A stretch of 63,738 nt of DNA from Geosiphon pyriformis uo1 (Eukaryota; Fungi; Glomeromycota), in assembly GCA_016748015.1 (NCBI GenBank), contig JAAOMT010000785.1:65604-129341 (forward strand), given 5' to 3'. Under the pieces are notes generated by a model. That model worked only from the letters and a program-made list of their open reading frames with translations. It was not told where the DNA came from and searched no databases. Shown in pieces: positions 53,201 through 63,738 of the stretch. How positions within the stretch are numbered: the stretch's first letter is position 1; each line of letters opens with the position of its first letter. A program made the position numbers and the translations under genes.

Positions 53201-56200
53201 AAATCTTATTAAATAAAAAGCCATGAAAATAATGTATTTAACAGAAAAAAAACATACAACAAATTCTGATAGTATACTATTCTAATTAATAATTAGATTA
53301 ATAAAAAAACTTTTTTTACTATGATTTATAGTCAAATAATAAAGTGATTAAATTTATACTTTTATAATAATAAAAAAATTTGAAAAATAGTTATTGTAAA
53401 GTAAAAAAAATACCACAATTAAGAAAATACATATCATAAAAAATACAATAATAAATATAAAAAATATGAATAATCTATTTATTAATAATTTCAAAGCATT
53501 TCAAAACCAGTATTAAGATTTGCTTTTTTTCAAGAAAAACAAAAACAAAAATTAACCAATCTTAATACAAAACTGCATAATTATTATTTAATTTCTTGTT
53601 ATTTTTAATATTGTAATAAGAACAATCTTTTGTTTAATTCATTTCCATAAACATTTACCTATTTCTTAACTCGAAAAGCCCAAAAAAAGTATATATTAAC
53701 AACAAAAAACATAACATTTCAAAAATTAAGTATGACTATTAAAATAGAATAGTATCTCATTAATTTTGATCTTTTCAAAAAATTAAAACTGAAGTAATAC
53801 AACAATATTGATAAAAAAATATGCTTTAAAAAAGCACATATCTATAATATTGGATTCAATTTAAGATATTTTAAACATTTTTTTATAGTTATAACATTCT
53901 ATTTTCTTATAAAAATAAATCTGAAATTAGCTTTAAAAATTCTTAAAAGTTTTATAGTTTAAATTACATTCTGGTCTAGTTTTACAAATAAAAAAATCAA
54001 TATTAAAAGAGGAATAATCAATGCTAAATATATTGAAAATATAATTATAATACTTTAAAACAATTCCAATAAACTTTATATAATTAAATTTCAAGAAAAA
54101 ATTATACAAGCCATTTTTTATTTTTTATAAAAATTTTTCACTTAATTCTAGTAATTATACAAAAAGAATTAGATCTTATTATTTGAGATATTCAAAAATT
54201 TAAATTAAGTAAAAAAAAATATACAAGTTAATTTTATAGAAAACACTAGTAATTAGATAGAATTTATTTATATTAATACTATTATTTCTATACCCTTATA
54301 TTAACAATATATTTTAAAGATTGATTAAAAAATTTAAAACCAAGTTTTACTATTTAAAGCAACTCTGAAAATCTGTTTTCTTGCCAATATTACAGATCTG
54401 TATATATTTGTTAAAGTTTATAAATATTTTAAAATTTCTATTTATAACTTTATTAAAAATGTTATCAAGATTTCTGAAAGAACTCTTATTGATTCCATTT
54501 TTCTGAATCTACAGAATTTCAAAAAATCCCAATTTATCTTTAATTTTATATAACTGTTCTTTTTTTGTGATATTATTTTACAAATATAGAATTTGTCAAA
54601 AGAAAACTATCTATTAAAAACAAAAAAATTAATAAACTAAACTTGAAAAATTTAAGTACTCTATAGCAAATATAATTTAAAATCTTTTTGAATTAATATG
54701 CTAATATCTTGGACATATTAATATTATAAAGCATAAAATTAACATGAGAAATACCAGACCTATTAAACAATAAGTTTTCAAGTAACTTCAGCTGACAACA
54801 GCTTAATTAAAAAAAAAGTACAATAGATATTACATAATAGATTAATTAAAAAATTACTAAGCTCTTGGTTTTTACTTATTATGTTAATTACCAAAAAAAA
54901 TAAGAAAATCTATTTCTGTATAAACTATTAAAAACTTAATAGTATTATTTAAAAAGATATTTATCTAACTTTTTTTATTTAAAAAATTTTAAATAACTTA
55001 GAAAATAAAAAATAATTTTTATTTTTAGATTTAATAAGTAGATATTGAGAAGTCAAAATAGATTTCTTAAACAAAAAAAACGGTGTTTACTACTTGAAAT
55101 AAAAATTTTGAATTTAATATAATGCTTTTTGGATTTTGTAATATTTCAACTATCTTTTAATGTCTTATAAATATTATGTATAAGAAATTTTTTTAGAAAT
55201 CAGTTATAGTATATCTAAATAATAAAATGTATTTTTTAAAATCTTTAATAACTATTTGCACTATTTCCAACAAGTTTTTAATTGCTTTAAAAATTCAGAA
55301 CTAAACTTAATTTTAACAATTTTTTTTTGGAAACACTAAGATAAAATTCTTAAAACACATTATTGGCAAAGATAATATAAAACCAAATCTTGACAAAATT
55401 CAAAAAATTAAGGATTTTTCTATTCTAATCAGTCTAAAAAAACTAAAAAGATTTTTAAGACTAGTTAGATACTACTAACAATTATTAAAAACTTTTTTAA
55501 CATTGCCAAACTTTTTATAATTTATTGTTAAAATATATTTTATACTTATAAAGAGCCAGTTAACAAGAGACTTTTAATTATTTCAAATAATAATTTATAA
55601 AAACACCAATTTTAATTTACTCAAACTTTAATAAATGCTTTATTGTTGTTATAAATGTCTCAAAAAATACACTAGGAGTTATTTTATTACAAATCAGATT
55701 TAACAATTAAGAATATTCAATTGTTTATGCTAATTACAATACTAATACTATTAAGAAAATATATAGTACTATTAATTTAGAATGTTTTGCTATTTATTAG
55801 GCCAAAACTAGAAACACTATTTTTGTTAACTATTTGACTTATATATTAATTACAAAAAACTTATTTAATTAGTCAGCAAACCACAACTTGTACCTATTTG
55901 TAGCAATTTTTATACAAAGTACATTATAAAAAAAGAACTAAAAACACCAATGCCAATAGCTTGTTAAGAATAACTTAAATCTAATTTCAGACTAATGAAT
56001 ACAATTACTTATTAATAATTACACTAATATTTGTTAACATTTTAGTTCGCAAAAAAACTGTTTTAATAAAAACAAAGTGCTATATAGAAACAAGCTTAAA
56101 ACTATTTTTTACAGAATAATTAATTATATTATCAAAAATGCCAAAATTACACTACATTACAATGAGCCATAAAAAATAAAAAATAAAAATTGTTTTGTTT

Positions 56201-58780
56201 AACATGTATTTTGATCTAACAATAAAATACTTAAACAAAAATACTATCTTAAAAAAAACAATTAATCTATACTATTGATTAACAATATATAAGAATATTT
56301 TCGAATACATTCTCAATTATAACTTCTGCCAAAAAAAAGAGCCAAAATAACAGAATTACTTCAACTTATTTCAGTTGGAAATTTATTTAATAGAATTAAG
56401 ATTAATTTGATTAAATTTTTCTTAATTACCTTCAAAAAAAATTACTATATTATTATAGCTATAGACTATCTTATCAAATAGCCTAAAATTAAAACTATTC
56501 AAGTGGCAGATACTAAAACATTAGCTTAATTTGTACATTAAAATCTAATTTATTAATATAGATGTTTAAAAAAATTATTATTTAACCAAAAAATTTATTT
56601 TGTTAATAGTATGCTTATTAAATTAAGCCAATAATTTGGAATAAAACAACTATTATTATTACTATATTATTTTTAAACAAACAGATTGGTAGAACAATTT
56701 AACCAAACATTATGTAAAATATTAGCAAAAATATGTTGCAAAAATATGTAAGAATAAAACTTATTTATTTTTAATATTAAATATTAAAACAAAATATTAT
56801 CTTATCTACATAATTTAAACTAGTCTATAAAAAAAACTATACTATCTATTGAACAAAAACTACTTTTTTTTTAATAGAAACAATTACCAAAAAATTTTTG
56901 AAGTTATTTTATACTAAAAAACATATCAGCTTATAAAAATATTAAAAAACAATCATAAAATAACAGCTAACAATATTAATAATGCTCAAAAATAACAAAA
57001 AAAAAGACATAATAATTGTCTACCAGATTAACCAGTTAAATTTAAGATTAAAGACCAAGTGTTGTTATATTGTATTAAAGCTAAGAAACAGTAGAGTAAA
57101 AAATTTGATTCAAAGTAAAATAGATTATTTTACATACACAAAATTTTGGACAATAAAGCTTACAAATTATGATTAGAAAACAGAATTTTAAAAAAAGTCA
57201 CACATAAAAATTGTCTAAAAATTTATTATATAACACAAAAATCATTGTTATTTATATCTTAACTAAAAATACAAATTCTATTAATCAGACTAAAAAATAT
57301 ACTACAAGATTTAAAACCAATTATTATTATTAAACACAATTTATATACAACAATCTAAATTACATAAAATAAATATATAAAAAGACAAAAAAAAAGTTAA
57401 TAATACTCTTAATATAGATTTTTTAGACAAAATATTAAAACTTTTATAACAACTATTTAAAATAATTTAACAATCTATAATACTAATAGAAATTATAATT
57501 GATAGAAAAAAAATATGATACAAAAATACAAGTAAAAAAACAATAAACAAGAGTTAAACTAAAACTAAGTGTTTCTATTTTTATAAACAATTAAAAGAAA
57601 AAAAAAGATATGTAATTTTATATACTTAAAAAAATCAAAAAAGTTTTAAACAAGTTAGCCATAAAACTAAACATAAGAAACTAAACACCAGAAATTTTTA
57701 AAGTTTGGAAAAAAAACTTTTATTAGTTTACTAGTTCTTTAAAATTGGCAAAAAACTAGACCTATAATTATTATACCTAAATATTAATAAACAAATATTC
57801 AACAAAAAAGCTTTTAAACAAGTGAAAAAATTTGTTAAAAGAAATAACTTAATATTATATTATAAGGTAATATACTAATTGTATTTAGTATTTAAATACT
57901 ATCTAATTATATAATTAAACAATTTATTAAAGATTATTACAATTAACAACATAGAATAAATGACAAATTTACAGTTTAAAAATTTACAAAAAACAATAAT
58001 CAACACAATAATTAAACATTATATTAAAAAAACAATTTTTATAAATACATATAATTTTACAAAAGCTTATTCTAAAAAGAAAAAATAATATTACCCAGGT
58101 AAAAAAATCAATTTAAAACTAATAAAAAAAGTAATTAATATATAATAACTTAAAAAATATAATAATACAAAATAATACAGAATAATATATAATAATTTAA
58201 GATAATATAGAATAATACATAATAACATAAAATAGTTAATCATAATATAAGATAACTAGCTATAACATAAAAAAACAAAGCAATAATAGAAATAACAAAT
58301 AATAGTTAATAATAACAAACAATTAAAAGCAATCTTGTAAAACTATAGAATATGTATAAAACAAATAGTTTTAGCAAATAAAAAACCAATTTTTTTCAAT
58401 ATATTTTAGTTTTAATTTGATAAAACTCTTTTATTTTATTTTTTCTATATTTTTTTATTTATCATTAAATAAAAATATTATTTAATTTACTTTTACATAA
58501 TTGCAAAATTTATGTTGTTAAATCATATTAATTGTTTTTTTTACTTTTGTTCTAGACCAAATACTATTAACATAAACAGCTTTAAAATTTTAATGACTTG
58601 GATCAATTGTTCTTGATTATAACAATTAACAATATTAATTTTTTCTATTTTTTTTTTATTTCATTTTTTTTCTTGTTCTTGATTTTTTTTCTTGATTTTT
58701 TTTTCTTCTTATAGAGCAACAACAAAAAAAATTGACTGTTTGAAAATAAATTTCCTAATAGTCTAGTAAAAAAGAGGAGC

Positions 58781-59093
58781 TTTTTTTAAGTTTAAATATT
58801 AATTTTATCATATTAGCTTACCAAAAAGACAAAAAACAATGTTAAACTTTAGTAATTGTGCTTGACTAGCTTGAAAAAAATAGCTTATATTCACAACTGA
58901 AAACTGCCAAAAACATATTTCTGTGTTTTATAACCAAAAAACTTTACAGATAAATTTACATATAACAGAAATCTTCAAAAACTGATAAATTCTAACATGT
59001 TTTTCATATAATTAAAGAAAACTTTATAGCTCTTTTACTTAAATTCAGAGCACTAAACATTATCATAATATTTTACCAAATTTGTTTATAATA
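58781..59093 (+). repeat. 3' LTR, preceded by a purine tract (58765-58779)
   Basis: AGTAAAAAAGAGGAG PPT-like tract; distal 114 nt match the 5' LTR end. Start coordinate approximate. Confidence 0.6.
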
Positions 59094-59599
59094 ATAGCAA
59101 CTTTTTATTAAGTATTTAATAAATCTTTTAGTATATTGCAAAGAATTTGTTAGAAATATTTTTTTTTTATTAAAAATATTACAGACAATTTTTATTAAAC
59201 ACCTAATAAATTTTCTAACAAAACGTATTTAAAAAATTATATAACAAAAAAAGACAAAAAAAAGACAAAAAAAATAAATAGTTTTGTTGTAAATAAATTA
59301 TTTATAAAAAACATGTATATATAAGTATTGTCATATAATCAAAATCGTATTTACAATTAATTAAGAAAAAAAATGTGCACATAATAAATTTTTAATTAAC
59401 TAATATGTTATAAAGAGTTTGTTAAAACCATTTTTTTCTATTGTTTATAAAATTATAATTAATAAATACAGTCTAGTTACTATTGAATACACAGAATTAG
59501 ATTAAAGTAATCTTAATTAAATACAATTTATATGCTTGCTATATATAACCAGTCACTTAGATCAATTTAAACAATACTACATATCTATATACATAAACA

Positions 59600-62220
59600 A
59601 ATTATTATTAATGTTAAAAAAAATACACAGAGTATATATTTATCAAAGCTTACTATTATCAACTCAATAATACTAAGCATATAAACTACTTTATTAGACA
59701 AATTTGAACACAGTCTACCAATTACCATAGACATTATACTATTATTATCTACTAACTTAGCTTTTTTTGTTTTTGATCTAAACTTAATTCTAACAGACTA
59801 TATTTCTTAGCAATAATAATTAAACAAATAGTAAAAAAAACTCATCAATACAGAAATTATCTCTTTTTTATCATTCTACATTACTAAAATATTTTTTAGC
59901 CAATTCTTTAGAATAAAATTTTTGCAAAACATCATGTACATCCCAATATTAAAAAATCAAAAAAAAAAATTGTAACACAAAAAATAATATAGGTGTTTTT
60001 TACCAATTACAAATAACCAAAATTTAATATGATTTATAATTAAATCTTTTCACCAATTTGTATTTCTTGAACATATAAACAAGTATTCTAAAAATTTTAT
60101 ATACTTACAAAATAAGCAAAAAACATTTAGATATAATCTGTTATACAGTCTCTTATAAACAGCAACTAGAAGTTTTCTATAAACGGTTTTTATTGTATAA
60201 GTCTTAAGATTAACTATAGCTTTGTTAGTAGAATTAGCAAGCATATAAAAATTAGAATGCCAAATCAAAGCTGTCCGAATTTAATTAATTTTACAAACAA
60301 GAAAACTGGTGACAATTTTGGCACAAAAATTTGCATTCTAGCATACACTAATGATTGTCTTATAAATATACTAAACAAAATAACAAATATTAACAAATAT
60401 AAACAAATTATCAATGACCAAATATCTCTCTAAAATTTTAACAGAAAGAATTTAAGAAAAATAAATAACAGCTCTAGGCAATTTATTAGCATAATTATTA
60501 CTAGAAACACCTAAATAGCTTTTAATTTTTGATCAAACCATATTTAAATTTTTGTTTTTTATTAAATTAACAACATAACATCTTTTTATTCAACACTAGT
60601 TGCAAAAGTCTGGCTTAAACAAACTGAAGTTTAAAACACATCTATTAATTATTATTTGACTGTTTAAATACATAATTACAATGCTAAAAGAAGACATATA
60701 TCTCAAAACCAAAACAATAGTCTGCAGCAGTTATTATAAAAGACAACATACCAAACACTTTAATACTAATACTTATATTCATATTTAAAAAATAAACAGG
60801 TATCTTTTCTGCATTCCTAAAGAGCCTAAATTTTTTACCAAGCTATTAATATATACATTAAAAACATTAGTTCAAATTCTATGCAAGAAATTTCTTACTA
60901 ATCCAAAGTTATTTGAATTCAGATCACTACAAAACATCAAACTTAAGATAATTATTTCATTTTTAATGACAGAATTTAATCTACTCTAAAAACCAAATGC
61001 TACAATAAACTAAAATAGAACAAAACTTCTCAGATTCAGTTTTTTTAATAATAAAATGTTTTTCAAGTTATCAATACATTATGCTTGTTTAAAGTTTGTT
61101 ACTAAAAACAACACCAAAACATCACAGAAAAATCATTATTTTATAGTATGCTGCTTTTCCCAAGATGTTAAATATTAGAAACCTGCCTAGATTGCAAAAA
61201 ATCTGGAACAAGTTATTTGTCAAAAAAAGTTTATTGTCTAAAAACACTTTTATCACTTTGAGAAAAAAATTGTTTATAGGACTGACTTTTAATCCAACAG
61301 AATAATATAAAAAATTAGTTAGAATCTAGTTCAAAACTTACAAATCCAAAAAAAAATAATTAAAAAGATGGTTAAGAATACTCTTAGAATTTGTAAACAT
61401 AATAATTAAAGCCATTTTATTTTTAGCTTGTAACTATTCAAAAAACTTTAAATTATACAGCAGCAGATAGTACAGGGTTTTATTAAGAAAGTTTTTAAGC
61501 AATCTAGCTTTCTGTTTTAAATTCTTTCTAATTAAAACATTTTCTTTACAAAAAACATTAATTGAAACAAAACTAAACTGTATATAGTAATTAATTATGG
61601 ACTGTAAGATGGCAAAAACAAAGTAATAAAACTATTTATTCGAAATTGATTTTCTCAAAACCCCAATTGCAAAAAATTTAACATTTAAATGAGCTTTAAC
61701 CAAACTAGGCTTAAAAAGACTCTTAGTAAAGAGAAAAATTCCCAAGTAGTAATGTGTTTTGCTCTTTTTTGCAATTGATATGGAACATTTACTAATACTT
61801 AACAAAGCATTTTTTACCCTTTGGTTAATAAAAATGGTCATTGTTTTATTATTATTAATTAAAATATCATTAATTCTAAAATATATTGAGTTAAAACATG
61901 GCTGTTTTTCATTTAAATAGTGTTATCAACAAATGCTTTAGCTATAAAAAATAAAATTTTTTTTTCTGTGTTTTTTATTCTGCTATTCTTGGCTATAAAT
62001 TTTGTATCAATTTGGTAACTACACAAATATTATTGTCTTTTAATTTTACACAAGAAAAGGTCATAAAAGATTCTCTAAAAAAAGAATAAAAAAATTTTGT
62101 TCTAATACAAACTATTATACATATGATAATCTCTGAAATTAGTTATGAATTTATTAATTTTGTTCTGATATATGCTGCCAAAAAAACTAATAAATTGTTT
62201 GTACATTTTAATATGTCTCA
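59600..62220 (-). mobile_element. 5'-truncated degenerate non-LTR retrotransposon (LINE) with RT, RNase H and C-terminal Cys motif
   Basis: Minus strand *RIFYDLFLCKIK (~62060), AFVDNTI* (FVDD site, ~61925), HYYLGIFL (61745), VYINSL (YTDGS-like, 60850), LQTIVLVLR, KIKSYLGVSSNN (KVKGHSG..GNE-like, 60510), CLFC...LFIC (60100). Boundaries approximate. Confidence 0.85.
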
Positions 62221-63304
62221 AGCTGTTTTTCAATAATACTAGTCAACTGTCGGTAATTCTTTTGATTGAATTGGTTTATTGTATAAAAATAGCAGAGGAG
62301 CCCAATATTTGAAAATATCAACAATTTAGATTTCAAGCTATAATGTATCCATTGTTTTTAATAACAAATGAAAATACTAAATTAATACAATCATTATAGG
62401 CCAACTTCAAAGCCTTTCGAGAAAATTTATAATCAAAAACAGAAGCAGCAACTAAAATTCCGATTCTTGAACTTTCTTCAAAGACATGCAAAAAACAGGT
62501 GCGAGATTTGAGTCCATAAAAAATTATTGATTAGATCAAATAAAAATTTTATTCGCCGATGGAATTCTTTTCAAAGTATTGAAGGATACTTGACTGCTTT
62601 TGAAGACTCATATCCTACTTAAATATTGTCGTGGACTCCTCCCACTGAAAATTTCTTCAATGCTTGATTATAAGCGTGAATCTTGATAGAATTCCATTCA
62701 TTAGTGTTAAGATCCCTTCTGTTTTCGGTGAATTAAGTCAATTTTTTTTATTTTGTATCATGTCGTCTGGGAACATTAGATTACTATCAGCCAAATTTCT
62801 AATTTTTCGTGTTTCCAAGAGCCCATTTTAATAGAATTCAAGGCTTTAGACCCACGAATCATGTTCTAGTTGGGTCATACCACTTCATAACTCTCTGGCA
62901 CTTCTTTTGCCAAAATAATCTGTTGATAAGATAAATACTCAATAGTTTCCAATGAATTTTTAATTGCGAATTGCAACACTAATGATGAGACTCTGTGAAT
63001 TTTACTCAAAATTCAAGCTAGTTTTTTCTTTTGGTTGCTTTATTAAAGTTTTCCATCATCTTTTCTCACTACAATTCTCAAAAAGAGTAGTCAAATTTAG
63101 AAACAGAGATATAAGTACATTTGTAAAAAAATAATAACTTTTTTGTAGGAATTGCTAAGATGTTGCAAGTAAATTTTTTTTTGATATATTAATCTTTATG
63201 CTATTGAAAGTTTTTAAATATTTTACATATAATCTAATTTATTCAATGAGCATCTCTTTTGAAAACCCAGATACAGTGTGGGATAAAACTTTTTGGGATT
63301 AATT

Positions 63305-63460
63305 AAAAGGCTCTTTATCAGCGCTCTACCTTTGTTTCTAAAGAGACAAAAAACTGTTTCATCAGCAAAAAATAGTCGGATTTCAATCGTCGTTCAAATG
63401 TTGATGAACCCATTATACGCGCTTTTTTTATGTAAATTCGTAAGCACCATAGGAGGACAT
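63305..63460 (-). mobile_element. Tc1/mariner transposase fragment (frameshifted)
   Basis: Across frames: PMVLTNLHKK/KRV*WVHQHLNDD*NPTIF/ADETVFCLFRNK, the Tc1 segment leading to the first catalytic Asp (FSDET-like). Confidence 0.6.
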
Positions 63461-63738
63461 TGCGACATCATTTGTCCTAAATAAGGACCAAGATGTGATG
63501 TGAAAGCTTCTTCAATTGATGCAGCCTCGGTTCTACCATTGAATTCGTAAATATATAAGAAATGGTTAATAACTGTTAAAGGATTGTTAAGATTAAAAAC
63601 AAAATTTTGATTCTATAGCAACTTACCCGGCGTTTCAACTTTATCCCGCTCGTGGTTTTGGGGCCTGGGCATAAATAAATGTTGAAATTATCCCCATTAT
63701 TATCGAAAGTAGCACAGCCACAATCTTTTGGCGATATC

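Larger units (their letters stand above)
50111..59093 (+). mobile_element. Degenerate Ty3/Gypsy LTR retrotransposon (gag-PR-dUTPase-RT-RH-INT)
   Basis: Zn-knuckle remnant YYCQKSEYIAKNC (~51815); protease remnant IKLIFNNRLVNSII...LIENNWL (52470-52710); dUTPase (~53830-54210); RT FCINY*KLN, LFGFCN, VYLNN (54850-55400); RNase H (55600-55970); integrase AIDYLIK*P, *TNRLVEQFNQTL (56200-56800). Domain order RT-RH-INT. LTR 3' ends 50111-50224 and 58980-59093 align without gaps. Confidence 0.9.

Noticed and set aside
59950-59980. A-tract followed by TGTAAC as PPT/3' LTR start
   Set aside because: Lies inside the minus-strand LINE; the matching LTR end is at 59093.

Overview
Very AT-rich, intron-containing eukaryotic (fungal) DNA. 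Gene content (kinase-Sel1 family, BTB protein, GPI-anchored chitin deacetylase, short introns) and TE families point to Glomeromycotina/Mucoromycota, possibly Geosiphon-like; this is inference only. The left ~48 kb carries intact genes, with exon structures reconstructed by hand: a BTB/POZ protein, a CAMK-group Ser/Thr kinase, a rolling-stone-like membrane protein, a CE4 chitin deacetylase, tRNA-Ile(AAT), a Yae1-like gene, RRP9, a strongly diverged Rad9-like (9-1-1 clamp) gene that needs a GC-AG intron, two small hypothetical genes, a PLAC8 protein with nine YPQQQGG(A/T) repeats and an intronless orphan 7-TM protein. Three decayed kinase-Sel1 pseudogenes plus a lone Sel1 remnant are scattered through it. 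The right ~14 kb is a transposon graveyard: a dUTPase-carrying Ty3/Gypsy element and an RNase H-carrying LINE, both destroyed by dense C>T/G>A (RIP-like) transitions, plus a Tc1-like fragment. No database searches were run; all family calls come from motif recognition.
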